Positions 1 through 10,330 are shown, counted from the first letter of the stretch. The stretch is DNA of 64,000 nt from Chlamydiales bacterium (GCA_965206695.1 CBDBKM010000008.1:1-64000), one strand, 5' to 3'. The notes: a model not told the origin generated them from the letters alone. Numbers and translations: made by a program.

Positions 1-1
1 T

Positions 2-184
2 CATTTTCATTTAACAGCTGCGCAGGCAGCTATGATCGCTAAAAACGCTAATGTATCACAACTTATTCTGACTCACTTTTCTGCAAGATATCAAACACTA
101 GAAGATCTATTAAAAGAAGCTAGATCCTGTTTTCCAAATACGGAAGTAGCTGAAGATTTCAAAGTTTTTCCTTTTCCAAGATAG
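2..184 (+). CDS. rnz: Ribonuclease Z, C-terminal part (gene starts before the window)
   Basis: Hand translation [30 protein letters not shown]...FPFPR* contains the RNase Z H..A..A...[10 protein letters not shown] motif. Confidence 0.88.
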   Translation, partial: HFHLTAAQAAMIAKNANVSQLILTHFSARYQTLEDLLKEARSCFPNTEVAEDFKVFPFPR

Positions 185-429
185 ATTTATATTTACTCAA
201 ACATTTTTGATTTTTCTTTCATTGCTTTTTAAAATGCTTATTGATGCTTAATTTTCCAGATATTTGTTTAAATTGAAGGATAGCTATGTCTACGTTCTGT
301 CAAATTTTCCGGCTTGCAACAGCAAACTTCTATAAATAGCTTTAAAAAGCTTCTACAATAAACGATTAAAATCCAATCCATTTTTTTTCATTTCTAAATC
401 CTAAAAACTCGGTAGATCGCAACACACCC

Positions 430-498
430 TTTAGCTAAAAGCTCCGGTTGTTTTTTTGTTGGATAGAATCTAAATTTATAAGCTTTTTTAATAGTCAT
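430..498 (-). pseudogene. tnpB: TnpB N-terminal HTH remnant
   Basis: Minus strand reads MTIKKAYKFRFYPTKKQPELLAK, the typical start of IS605 OrfB, and then degenerates. Confidence 0.8.
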
Positions 499-527
499 AC
501 GTTGTATTATATTACCGGTATATATAT

Positions 528-927
528 TAGACGGCAAACTTCAAAGACAGTTATTTTTAATCTTAGTTATCCTTCTTAGTTCCCCTGTTATTTGCTGTAC
601 TAAGTGTAGAAAAAAGTTATCAAGAGAGATATTAAAAAAAACTAAGAGAGTTATTAAATGAGAAAATTAATCAACTATCTATGAAAGTTAAAGAACTTGA
701 ATTATGCCTGACCATGTACATATGTTTATCAAAACTCAACCCATTCAACCTCCACAGTTTACAATTGGTCAACTTAAAGGATTCGGTAGTTACTTGTTAA
801 AACCGGAATTCTCAAATTTAAAATCTCGATTATCTATATTATGGACAAGATCGTATTATGTTGATAGTGTGGGAAAACTAATGAATATACAATTAGGAAG
901 TATATCCAAAATCAAACAAACAAATAG
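528..927 (+). pseudogene. tnpA: IS200/IS605 Y1 transposase, frameshifted
   Basis: MPDHVH (HUH motif) and LWTRSYYVDSVG; colinear with the intact copy at 37253-37648. Confidence 0.9.
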
Positions 928-1084
928 ACGCTTTCATCCCAATGCTAAAGCAAAGGGTTTTTTTCGCTGAATTATCATAAAATAGATAGAAAAATAATGC
1001 ACTTGCTATACTTCAAAGTTTAAGTGAAATGATAAAGTTTTTTCTTCTATTTTTTTAGTCGTAATCTTTCAACTAATAGCTGAT

Positions 1085-1807
1085 ATGAAACCCATAAAAT
1101 TCATTGCTCATCGAGGAGGCGCTGCTTTAGCACCTGAAAATACACTTGCTGCTTTCAAAAATTCCGGGGATTTAGGTATTGCTTGGATTGAGTTAGATTG
1201 CCGACTTTCTAAAGATAATGAAGTAATCGTCATACATGATGAAACAGTTGATCGTACCACTAATTCAAGTGGGCCAGTACAAGAAATGACACTTAATCAA
1301 TTAAAAGAGTTAGATGCAGGTGCATGGTTTTCTCCGGATTTTAAAGATGAGTCTATTCCGTCTATGTTTGAAGTTCTTCAATTTGCAAAAAAAAATGACT
1401 TAAAGATTTATCTCGAAATTAAACCACAGGAATCTCTCATCATTCCGATACTCCTACAATTAATCAACAAAACACAAATGCAAAAATCTGTGACTTTACA
1501 ATCTTACCACTTTAAACAACTTCAACTCATAAAGGCAAAAGAACCCACATGGACAGTTGAATATATTGTCGATCATATTGAACCATGTCATATTGAAAAG
1601 GCTTTGTTAATTCAAGCAAGGGCCATCAACCCCGATCATCAATATCTTAAGAATGAAGATATTAAAAAAGTTCAAGAGTCCAATCTTGAAATCAATATTT
1701 TTACCGTGAATGATTCCAAGCTAATGGGCCGTTTCATAACACTTGGAGTTGATGGTATTATTACCGACTATCCTGATAAGACGCTAAGCTTAAATCAACT
1801 ATTTTAA
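1085..1807 (+). CDS. Glycerophosphodiester phosphodiesterase (UgpQ/GlpQ family)
   Basis: IAHRG..APENT, IELD, IHD..VDRTT, LEIK and GVDGIITDYP motifs. Confidence 0.93.
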   Translation: MKPIKFIAHRGGAALAPENTLAAFKNSGDLGIAWIELDCRLSKDNEVIVIHDETVDRTTNSSGPVQEMTLNQLKELDAGAWFSPDFKDESIPSMFEVLQFAKKNDLKIYLEIKPQESLIIPILLQLINKTQMQKSVTLQSYHFKQLQLIKAKEPTWTVEYIVDHIEPCHIEKALLIQARAINPDHQYLKNEDIKKVQESNLEINIFTVNDSKLMGRFITLGVDGIITDYPDKTLSLNQLF

Positions 1808-1834
1808 TCTTATCTATCATGTTATCCGGTATAC

Positions 1835-1923
1835 CAAGTACAGAAGATATATACAAAATCAAAAAAAACAAATAGACGCTCTCATCCCAATGCTAAAGCA
1901 AAGGGTTTTCTCGCTTAATTGTC
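1835..1923 (-). mobile_element. IS605 left-end remnant (last tnpA codons plus LE hairpin)
   Basis: Near-identical to 890-976; followed by ATAA (TTAT on -). Confidence 0.85.
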
Positions 1924-1978
1924 ATAAGCAAACTAGGATGCCTATTATTGGGGCTTGACGAATTAATGATCGGTCCCT

Positions 1979-2791
1979 TCAATACATTCTAGGATATGAC
2001 CCTAAAATTTTAACCCGACATATCCCTTCTACTTCCTTTAATGCTTCTCGTATAGAAGTATCTTGATAATGACCATGAACATCCGCAAAAAATATATATT
2101 CGCCTAATTTTAATTTTGAAGGTCTAGATTCTATTTTTGTTAGGTTTATAGCCCTATCTGCAAAACCTTTCAGCATTCGATATAATACTCCGGGCACATT
2201 CATTTCCGGTATTAAAATTATAGAAGTTCGATCATGGCCTGTTGCTTCTACAGATTCTCTACCTATGACTAAAAATCGTGTTTGGTTAAGGTTGCTATCT
2301 TCAATATTATTTTTTAAAAGGGGAATCTGATATAGCTCAGAAGCAATTTGTGGTATAATAGCACCAATGGAAGGATTATTCTTCTCTTTTATGAGCAAGG
2401 CTGATTCAGTATTACTAACTGTAAAATGCACCTGTACATCACCTTGTAATAAATTGATCAGATTCTTTTCACATTGAGCGTAGCTATGCGGATGAGAATA
2501 TAAAACAGTTATATCTTTAATCTCACCAAATCCCGCTAAGTGATGTTCAATAGGTAAAATAATTTCACCAATAATAGGAAATTTAAAATCTAAAAGATTA
2601 TCAGTGGTAAAAGTTACGAAACCTGAAAGGGAGTTTTCAATGGGAACAATAGCAACTTCCGGATTATGGTCTTTAAAATATTTAAAAACTTTAGGAATGG
2701 TTTTTTCAAAGACAATTTCAGCATCCTTATTATAAGCTAATGCAGCTGCATGCGAAAAGGTTCCGGCAGGGCCTAAAGTCACAATAATCAT
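1979..2791 (-). CDS. pheA: Prephenate dehydratase (PDT + ACT)
   Basis: LGPAGTFS, VPIENS, SHP, NQTRF, NLTKIESRP and LGSYP motifs. Confidence 0.95.
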   Translation of the reverse strand: MIIVTLGPAGTFSHAAALAYNKDAEIVFEKTIPKVFKYFKDHNPEVAIVPIENSLSGFVTFTTDNLLDFKFPIIGEIILPIEHHLAGFGEIKDITVLYSHPHSYAQCEKNLINLLQGDVQVHFTVSNTESALLIKEKNNPSIGAIIPQIASELYQIPLLKNNIEDSNLNQTRFLVIGRESVEATGHDRTSIILIPEMNVPGVLYRMLKGFADRAINLTKIESRPSKLKLGEYIFFADVHGHYQDTSIREALKEVEGICRVKILGSYPRMY

Positions 2792-3588
2792 TCCTCATCC
2801 TCTTCTATTGTTTTTTTACTCGCTAGAAATTTTAAAATATTACCAAATAAATCTTGATATCCCAAATGATCACCATTTGCGATAACATCTTCTAAAGATT
2901 TAGCCGAACCAATCACCTCTTGTATGACTTTTGGAAAAAATGGATTCAAAATAGCAATACTTCCATAAAGTGCCGGATCTTGATTTAACATACGTTCTAA
3001 TATGCTCAGCTGCATTCTAAAGGGTGATGTTGAATAGACTAATAATTCTGTTACAGAAATATTATTTTTACATAAAACATCAGAAAAAATTAGAGAGAGA
3101 AAATGAATTAAACCTTGAATAAGAGCCATTTTTTTATCATGTTCTTGAGGATCAGCTTCTACAATTTGCATATTTTCTTTTTCTAAAATAGGATATAACC
3201 AATGTTGCCATTCTCCCGGTCTTTCCGGACAAGAAACAACATTCTTCTCGTTTTTTACATCTAGTTGAGGACCGAACAGAGGATGTAAGCCGATTACAAA
3301 GGCTTTAGACCTCATCATTTCTTTGACAGGTTCAGCTTTAAGAGAAGTTAAGTCCATTAGAAGTTGTTCTTCTTGAAGTAATGGAGCTATTTCTCTAATC
3401 ACTTCTAAAGTGACAGATAAGGGAACACTAATAATAAGAATATCACTTCTTTTAACTAACTCTTCTTTCTTTAGTCCGGTGTATAAATCGGAAGATATCA
3501 CCTTACAAGAATGGCGAGTAAAAATATCAGCAAAGAACTGTGCCATCTTCCCTGCTCCACCAATAATACCCACAACCTTATTTTTCAT
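2788..3588 (-). CDS. tyrA: Prephenate dehydrogenase
   Basis: IIGGAGKM Rossmann motif, DLTSLK, HPLFGP, EHDKKMA.IQGL.H. Confidence 0.93.
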   Translation of the reverse strand: MKNKVVGIIGGAGKMAQFFADIFTRHSCKVISSDLYTGLKKEELVKRSDILIISVPLSVTLEVIREIAPLLQEEQLLMDLTSLKAEPVKEMMRSKAFVIGLHPLFGPQLDVKNEKNVVSCPERPGEWQHWLYPILEKENMQIVEADPQEHDKKMALIQGLIHFLSLIFSDVLCKNNISVTELLVYSTSPFRMQLSILERMLNQDPALYGSIAILNPFFPKVIQEVIGSAKSLEDVIANGDHLGYQDLFGNILKFLASKKTIEEDEE

Positions 3589-3606
3589 GAAGGCTCCTTT
3601 AATATT

Positions 3607-3870
3607 CTATTCTATAATCATATCTTTTTTACTATAAGCTAAAATAAGATTGAAAAGCGCTCCTATCATTTCTGTATCCAAGTTTAATTCCTTAGCATAG
3701 GATTTTAAAGTAGCTATCATTGCCTCTTCTCGAGAAGGGTCGAATATAGGCAGATTCTTCTTTTTTTTCAGCTGAGCCACTTCCGTTACAAGATTATGTC
3801 TTTCAGCCAATAAGGTAATAATTTGCCGATTTATTTGATCTATTTTAATGCGGTAACTTTCTAATTCCAT
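3607..3870 (-). CDS. Monofunctional chorismate mutase (AroQ / CM type II)
   Basis: R.KID.IN..I..LLAER...K...PIFDPSRE pattern; in an operon with tyrA and pheA. Confidence 0.9.
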   Translation of the reverse strand: MELESYRIKIDQINRQIITLLAERHNLVTEVAQLKKKKNLPIFDPSREEAMIATLKSYAKELNLDTEMIGALFNLILAYSKKDMIIE

Positions 3871-3956
3871 GATGATTCTCCTGAATTTATCCCCATTTTT
3901 TTATATTAACACATTCAAAACAATGGGGCTAGCAACACCTTCAACTATTTGGTAAT

Positions 3957-4651
3957 GTGCCTGCATTCCCAAACAGTACAATGATATCACAAAACTGCGG
4001 GCATGAGTGGTCTGTATCTTTGCAGGTTGATGTAGACTGTACAAAAGAAGCTCCCAAGACAAATAGTCGTATCGGGCTTGATCTTGGACTAAAGACTTTT
4101 GCAACTGACAGTAACGGGAAAAAGTATAAACCTCTCAAAATTTTAGGGAGATTTTTAAAGAAACTAAAACATAAATCAAGAAAGCTTTCTAAAAAAATAA
4201 AGTTTTCTAAAAACAGAAGAAAAGCACGCAAAAAACGAGGTAAGCTCCACCGGCGAATAGCCGATAAGAGGCAAGACTACTTCTATCATACGCGAAAACC
4301 AAGTAATAGCGCCGGAAGACCTGCATGTGCGTGGCATGATGGCCAATAGTAGATTGAGTCGATCGATCGGGGGACGCCGGTTGGAGCATTTTTAGGAGAC
4401 AGATCGACTATAAGTCCAAGTGGTATCGCAGGGATTTGCATATCATCGGAAGATATGAGCCGACAAGTAAAACTTGTCACACATGCTCTCATATCAAGAA
4501 AGATCTTGTCTTAAGTGTGCGCTCGCGGCAGTGCGAAAAATGTGGAATCGAGCATGACAGAGATATCAATGCCGCGAGAAATATATTAATCACCGCAACG
4601 AGTGCGGGAAGTGTTTGTGGAGCGTCAAACAAGCCGAAAGTAGCCGCTTAG
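3957..4651 (+). pseudogene. tnpB: TnpB, 5'-truncated, with a small frameshifting deletion near 4288
   Basis: RuvC-I GLDLG; alternate frame gives IRENQVIAPEDL (RuvC-II); Zn finger CHTC/CEKC; HDRDINAARN (RuvC-III). Confidence 0.92.
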
Positions 4652-4760
4652 CGGTAATGATAGGGACGTGTTGAAACAGGAAAAGCGCAGCGAAGAAACT
4701 TGCAGGACGCAAGTAGCCGGACGTAGTCAGCGATTCTAAGCGTTAGCCGCCGTCTCGGAT
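4590..4760 (+). ncRNA. Putative TnpB omegaRNA (reRNA) scaffold / element right end; boundaries approximate
   Basis: GC-rich segment overlapping the tnpB 3' end with a TGTGGAG...TTGAAACAGGAA pattern typical of TnpB right ends. Confidence 0.5.
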
Positions 4761-4983
4761 CGATCCCACTGCTACTGCCACTTTTGAAAGAGCCGGAATA
4801 ATATCCGGTCGCCCTGCTGCAGGAGAAGGGTTAATAATTACAGGTAAATAAGTCAACTGTTTGACAACAGTTATCGCGCTTAGATTTAATGTATTATGAG
4901 CTTGTGTTTCAAAGGTTCTTATCTCTCTCTCACAGAATAATTTCATGATTACCATGTGCCATAATATATTCAACACTCATTAA

Positions 4984-6119
4984 CTCACCTTACGCAAAGG
5001 TGATGTAAAGAAAGTTTTTTCTCTAATTATGAGGAAAAAATATGTCAAAACAGCTCCCGGATATATATACGGATTACCTTATCAGCCAAAACCAATATGC
5101 TATGGCTACCGGACTGTCAGCTTTACTAGATGGTGAGATCAGCCATGATAAAATTACTCGTTTTCTCAATAAGAGAGAATTTTCAGGAAAAGATTTATGG
5201 TGCTATGTAAAAGACACGCTGAAAAAATATTCAGGAGGTAAAGCCGGTGTTTTGATTATAGATGATTCTATCGAAGAGAAGCCTTATACGGATGAAAATG
5301 ATATTATTGCATGGCATTTTTCTCATGCTAAAGGTCGGTGTATCAAAGGGGTTAACATTTTATCTACTCTTGTTCGTTATGATGACATTGCATTTCCTAT
5401 CGGATATGAAGTCATATCTAAAACAGTACGTTTTTGTGATATCAAAACCAAAAAGGAAACAAGAAAATCCGATGTCACTAAAAATGAATTATTTCAAAAA
5501 CAAATAAAGCAAGCTATACGGAATCAGGTCAAGTTTGATTATATTCTTGCAGATAATTGGTTTGGAGCTAAAAAAAATAGGGAGTTTATTCATTATGATA
5601 CAGATAAGAAATTTATTTTAGGCATGAAGTCCAACAGACTCATCGCTTTCTCAGAAGAAGCAAGAAAAAAAGGTCAGTATCACAATCTTGAATCGGTTAA
5701 TTTCAAGGATGGAGAAAAAAAGATAGTCCGGCTTAAAGATTTATCTTTTCCCGTTTCCTTAGTGAAAAAAGTCTTCAAAAACGAAGATAATTCCACGGGG
5801 ACTCTATACCTTGTGAGCAACGACTTAAACCATGATGCTGACTCACTCTATGAGATCTACAAAAAACGGTGGAGAATAGAAGAGTATCACAAATCTATTA
5901 AGCAAAATGCAAGCCTTGCAAAATCGCCTACCAAGGTTGAAAGATCTCAAAAAAACCATATTTTTGCATCTCTCATATCTTATTGCAAGCCGGAATTTTT
6001 AAAAATTAAAACCTATCTTAACCATTTTGCCTTAAAATACAAATTATTGATCAAAGCAAATCAGGCTACCTTTCATGAGCCGGAAAAATTATATGCTATT
6101 TGATTTTTCGTAACATGAG
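4984..6119 (+). mobile_element. IS701-family element, 1136 bp, 7-bp TSD TCATTAA
   Basis: TIRs CTCACCTTACGCAAA / CTCATGTTACGAAAA; TSD at 4977-4983 and 6120-6126. Confidence 0.9.
5042..6103 (+). CDS. IS701-family DDE transposase
   Basis: LIIDDS, ILADNWF and YKKRWRIEEYHK (YREK) motifs. Confidence 0.9.
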   Translation: MSKQLPDIYTDYLISQNQYAMATGLSALLDGEISHDKITRFLNKREFSGKDLWCYVKDTLKKYSGGKAGVLIIDDSIEEKPYTDENDIIAWHFSHAKGRCIKGVNILSTLVRYDDIAFPIGYEVISKTVRFCDIKTKKETRKSDVTKNELFQKQIKQAIRNQVKFDYILADNWFGAKKNREFIHYDTDKKFILGMKSNRLIAFSEEARKKGQYHNLESVNFKDGEKKIVRLKDLSFPVSLVKKVFKNEDNSTGTLYLVSNDLNHDADSLYEIYKKRWRIEEYHKSIKQNASLAKSPTKVERSQKNHIFASLISYCKPEFLKIKTYLNHFALKYKLLIKANQATFHEPEKLYAI

Positions 6120-6544
6120 TCATTAAGCATTCTTCTATTGTAGCAGATAAACCCCGTTTAAAAATGACAGGTTTATCACATTTACCCATTTCTTTTAAGC
6201 GGCAATGCACATGAGTCGGTCTTCACTTTCTATAGAGCAAGGGCTCGCCATTACAACAACTTCATTGCCGCCAATGGTTCCGCGTCACCTATAGACTAAT
6301 TAATGTGATCTTCTAATAGCAACAATATGGGTATATGCTCCCTCACGGATTTTATTTATAATTAAATTTATTTTCAATTATTTAAAATGATAAAAATCGA
6401 ATTATTTACAATTAAAACGCCTGATAGTAACATAAGCCCGAAGAAGATAAACAACTATTGTTTTTTATGATTTAATATATAAATGTATATGTGTAAAAAG
6501 AAAAATTTTTAGCGCTGAACACCAAAAATAAAAGGCTACTTCAC

Positions 6545-6566
6545 CCTTACCTTGAGTAAGGTAAGG
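6545..6566 (-). terminator. 9-4-9 hairpin downstream of mnmE, possible terminator
   Basis: CCTTACCTT-GAGT-AAGGTAAGG; the U-tract is not directly adjacent. Confidence 0.35.
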
Positions 6567-6616
6567 CTTAGATGAACAAAAATGACTTGAGCTCAAAAAT
6601 AATAAAAAACAAGCTG

Positions 6617-8008
6617 TTATTTTCCGATACAAAACTTAGAGAAAATAGCAGCAAGTACATCCTCAGTAATTTCAAAACCAATAATTCGCCCTAAACAACT
6701 AAGGCTTTGTCTTATATCAAAAGACAAAAATTCAGGTGATAGGCCTTTTTCTAAACCTTGAATAATTTGAGTTAAGTAGCTTGCTGATTCATCGAGAGCT
6801 TCTTTATGCCTGATGTTAGTTATCATTACTTCCTCTTTAGAGGGAGGCCCATGAGTCCAAATAAGCTCACCTATTATCTTTTCTAAAGAATCTAAGCCCC
6901 AACCCTCTTTAGCCGATATCGATATCATATACTTAAATTGAAGATTCCGGTGAGTTACCATAGGTAAATCTTCTTTATTCCAAAGAATTATAGTCTTATT
7001 AACGTCGACATCATCAATTAATTTAAGATCGTCCTTACTTAAAGACCTACTTCTATCTAAAACCAATAAAATAATATCAGCGTCGCTCATGGCATGTTTA
7101 CTGCGTTTAATTCCTTCCATTTCGACTTCTTCGTCAGTTTGACGAATACCTGCTGTATCGATTAAACGGAAATTAATACCACCCAGCCTCAGTTCTTCTT
7201 CAATAATATCACGCGTCGTTCCCGGAGTATTCGTAACAATAGCACGGTCTTTTGATAAGATAGCATTCATTAACGACGATTTACCTACATTAGGTGAACC
7301 AATCAAACAGATAGAAAGGCCTGCATGAATAATCTTTCCCTTATCAAAACTTAAAAGAAGCTTGTGAATCTCTTCTTTTACTTCTAATAACTGCAAAATG
7401 ATTTGTTCCATCGAAGCAACTTCAATCCCCTCTTCAGGAAAATCCACCCAAGCTTCTAAAATCGCAGCAATATCAATTAACGCATCTTTAATTGATGTAA
7501 TTTTTTTAGATAATTTCCCATGCAACTGTTTATTTGCTGAGGAAAGTGCTAATTCATTTTTAGCCATAATCAACTCTTGAACTGCTTCGGCTTGAAGCAA
7601 GTCCAGCTTGCCATTCATAAAAGCTCTAAAAGTAAATTCGCCCGGCTCAGCTGTTTTAGCACCTGCATTTATGACTCTCTGCAATACTCTTTTAGACACC
7701 AGACTTCCACCATGACAATGAATTTCAACAACATCTTCTCCTGTGTAAGAATGAGGCGAGCGCATGACCGTTAACATACCTTCATCAATAATTTCTTTAT
7801 GCGTTTCTAATATTCGGCCAAAATGAAGTGTATGTGTTTTATATGAACAAACATTTCCGGAAAAAATAGCGTCGGCAATAGCAATAGCATCTGAGCCTGA
7901 CAGACGAATAATCGCGATTCCTCCTTCCCCTGTAGGTGTTGCAATAGCTGCGATTGTGGAAGTTTTATGTTCTGTATAATGATTTTTTATTTTAATCACG
8001 GTTGACAA
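6617..8008 (-). CDS. mnmE: tRNA modification GTPase MnmE
   Basis: TIAAIAT, SYTGEDVVE, GSPNVGKS, GTTRD, DTAG and C-terminal FCIGK. Confidence 0.97.
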   Translation of the reverse strand: MSTVIKIKNHYTEHKTSTIAAIATPTGEGGIAIIRLSGSDAIAIADAIFSGNVCSYKTHTLHFGRILETHKEIIDEGMLTVMRSPHSYTGEDVVEIHCHGGSLVSKRVLQRVINAGAKTAEPGEFTFRAFMNGKLDLLQAEAVQELIMAKNELALSSANKQLHGKLSKKITSIKDALIDIAAILEAWVDFPEEGIEVASMEQIILQLLEVKEEIHKLLLSFDKGKIIHAGLSICLIGSPNVGKSSLMNAILSKDRAIVTNTPGTTRDIIEEELRLGGINFRLIDTAGIRQTDEEVEMEGIKRSKHAMSDADIILLVLDRSRSLSKDDLKLIDDVDVNKTIILWNKEDLPMVTHRNLQFKYMISISAKEGWGLDSLEKIIGELIWTHGPPSKEEVMITNIRHKEALDESASYLTQIIQGLEKGLSPEFLSFDIRQSLSCLGRIIGFEITEDVLAAIFSKFCIGK

Positions 8009-8122
8009 GAATCAGATTTAATAAATAACATAAAAGGAAAAATATAATCTTTTGATATACTAAAGTCAATTATAGTTATATTTTAACTTAAATTATAAAA
8101 TTTGGTATGGCTTACTCATAAT

Positions 8123-9037
8123 ATGAAAGCAATTAATGTCATCAATCGTGAAACCGGCAATCCGGAAAAAGAGCAAGTATATGGTTCTTTGGCTATCGAT
8201 CTATTATATTCAGACCATTCTATATATAAATGGCTTGGAGCCCCATTAAGATATCTAACGACCAATTATTCTTTTTTTTCATATCTTTTTGGGCTTTATC
8301 AAGACATTTCTTTTTCTAAACGGAAAATTGAACCCTTTATAAAAACCTATCAAATAGATACCTCGGAATTTTTAAAAAAAACGGATGAGTTCATTTCTTT
8401 TAATGATTTTTTTACCCGTAAATTAAAACCTGAATGCAGGCAGATTAACTCCAATCCAAATATAGCAGTTATACCGGCTGATGGGCGCTATCTCTGCTAT
8501 CAAAGCATCGATAAAGCTGATGGTTTTGTTATCAAAGAAGAAAAATTTCAAATTGATAAGCTTCTTAACAATAATACCTTAGTGAAAAAATACACCAATG
8601 GAAGTATGGTGATTGCAAGACTCTGTCCTACCGATTATCATCGCTTTCATTTTCCTTGCGACTGTACCCCCGGTATTAGCCGCTTCATTCACGGCTTTCT
8701 ATATTCAGTAAACCCCAAAGCAATTAAGCATAACATCCATATTTTTACTGAAAACAAACGAACCATTTGTGAATTAAAAACTAACAAATTCGGTCGGGTT
8801 TTATTTATTGAAATTGGAGCGACCAACGTAGGCAGCATAAACCAAACCTATCATCCAAATTCATCCCATAAAAAAGGTGATGAAAAAGGCTATTTTTCAT
8901 TTGGGGCTTCATCTTTAATCCTTTTATTCGAACCTAACACAGTTCAATTCGATAAAGATCTTCTTAAATATTCAGAAAATCACCAAGAAGTTAAATGCAA
9001 AATGGGTCAATCTTTAGGTGTTTCTACTCACTTCTGA
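8123..9037 (+). CDS. psd: Phosphatidylserine decarboxylase proenzyme
   Basis: FNDFFTRKLK, PADG, RLCPTDYHRFH, GATNVGSI, GYFSFGASS cleavage region; ATG at 8123 preferred. Confidence 0.94.
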   Translation: MKAINVINRETGNPEKEQVYGSLAIDLLYSDHSIYKWLGAPLRYLTTNYSFFSYLFGLYQDISFSKRKIEPFIKTYQIDTSEFLKKTDEFISFNDFFTRKLKPECRQINSNPNIAVIPADGRYLCYQSIDKADGFVIKEEKFQIDKLLNNNTLVKKYTNGSMVIARLCPTDYHRFHFPCDCTPGISRFIHGFLYSVNPKAIKHNIHIFTENKRTICELKTNKFGRVLFIEIGATNVGSINQTYHPNSSHKKGDEKGYFSFGASSLILLFEPNTVQFDKDLLKYSENHQEVKCKMGQSLGVSTHF

Positions 9038-9176
9038 AATGTATTCCAACTTTTTCGTTCCTTTGACAACTCGCCACCCTAAAAGAAAAGGAGTCCTCAT
9101 TCAACGACCATGGCTAACAAGTATTAGTCTAACACGATCTCCAAAGGTTTAAATTACCGACTGCCCTTCGGTATAT

Positions 9177-9890
9177 ACTCACTCACATTGGAAACCGGAC
9201 AGGATTGAGTTCCGGCACTTGAAATGTATCATTAATTCGTGTCTTAAGCTTGTCTCTTAAAATCGGAATTTTGTCTTTAAAAAACTTTCTTACCTCTAAT
9301 TCAAACTCAGTAAATTTATCGTAAAATTTATTATAAGTAACCGTCTCTCTCATCACTTTCCAAAGCCTTATCTATTGCATTTCAATTTGGAGAATATGGG
9401 GGTAAATAGAGAAGCTCTATACGTGAAGTCGTTAAATATTCTTGAATCAGTTTGTTTTTATTGACTCTTCTGTAATCCTTCCTGTGCTGCAAGAAATGTT
9501 ATATTATTCTAAGACAGAGGCACATACATCCTTAACCCTTCTATTATGTGTATTGAGAAAGATGTTCCAGCGGTTCTTTAGTTTGCAGTTTGGATAATTT
9601 ACCGGCTGATACTCCCTTGGTATCATGCTGAGTTTTTCCTTCTGATTGAAATTCCATCAAATACCCATAAACACTCGAGCGACTTAAGCGCAGAACATGA
9701 GCAATGTGATCAGGCTCCCCGGACCGTCATCGCATGCAAGAAGCACACACAAACGATTACGTCCATTTATATCACGGATCTTTTTTACCTGAAATTCAAA
9801 AGCGCTTCTTTGATTTGGAGTTAATTGGTTCATACAAAATTAATATCATATTTATACTTTTTTGTGTGCCTTTCAGTAGCGAAGATTTTA
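9177..9890 (-). pseudogene. IS630-family element remnant (single-ORF type) with internal deletion, inserted into an IS701 left end
   Basis: Minus strand MNQLTPNQR...RNRLCVLL and LLYLPPYSPN*...LWKVMRE...RINDTFQV; homologous to 22321-23343. Confidence 0.8.
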
Positions 9891-9988
9891 TATATCCGGA
9901 AGATTTTCTGATCTCTTTTTTCCTCTAAATTGAAAGAAAAGTTTAATATCTACAGTAAAATCTTTATACTCACTTTGCGTAAGGTGAG
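9891..9988 (-). mobile_element. IS701-like left-end fragment
   Basis: Reverse complement CTCACCTTACGCAAAG matches the TIR at 4984, followed by an SENLPDIY-like start. Confidence 0.75.
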
Positions 9989-9989
9989 T

Positions 9990-10313
9990 CAGTCATCTTT
10001 CATGTTGTTTTAATCACTCAAACCCAAAGGTGAGGCATGAGAGAGCTCCGAGACGATTGATAGCTCATCATGTAGCATATCTTCTCATTCGAAAAGAGGT
10101 TTACATTTTTTCTCCTTTGACTCATAATTTTTCATTTCTAAATATGCCTTGTTCAATACCCCTGATCAAATAGATGGGATCATTGAAAATCTTATGACAC
10201 AATTTAGATTAAGAAATGTGATCGTTTTATGGTTATTACTATAATAAGAACGGAAGGAATCAGCCGGAGTTTCTGCAGAAATCAAAATTACTCAGATTGA
10301 GATGAACAAATAA
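9990..10313 (+). pseudogene. Degraded DUF1937-like (nucleoside deoxyribosyltransferase-like fold) gene
   Basis: Fragments HSNPKVRHER, VYIFSPLTHN, KKCDRFMVI and ESAGVSAEI resemble this family; multiple stops and frameshifts. Confidence 0.5.
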
Positions 10314-10330
10314 TAGTAAGGAACGAAATA

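Larger units (their letters stand above)
300..976 (-). mobile_element. Degenerate IS200/IS605 element of the IS605 type (divergent tnpB/tnpA); left end at 976, far boundary uncertain
   Basis: tnpB 5' remnant on - from 498, frameshifted tnpA on +, subterminal hairpin at about 938-957, followed by target ATAA (TTAT on -). Confidence 0.8.
4760..6340 (-). pseudogene. aroF: DAHP synthase (class I-beta) pseudogene, split by an IS701-like element, with an internal deletion and 3' truncation
   Basis: Fragments IGGNEVVVMASPCSIESE, KPVIFKRGLSATIEECLM|SVEYIMAHGNHEII and CEREIRTFE...LPVIINPS.AAGR rejoin once the IS and one TSD copy are removed. Confidence 0.88.

Noticed and set aside
3410..4492. Short overlapping ORFs (3410-3637, 3901-4104, 3941-4231, 4207-4389, 4286-4492)
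   Set aside because: Antisense shadows of tyrA and tnpB with no motifs.
4651..4760. Group I intron / IStron at the tnpB end
   Set aside because: No convincing P/Q/R/S core could be identified and the element's 5' part is missing.
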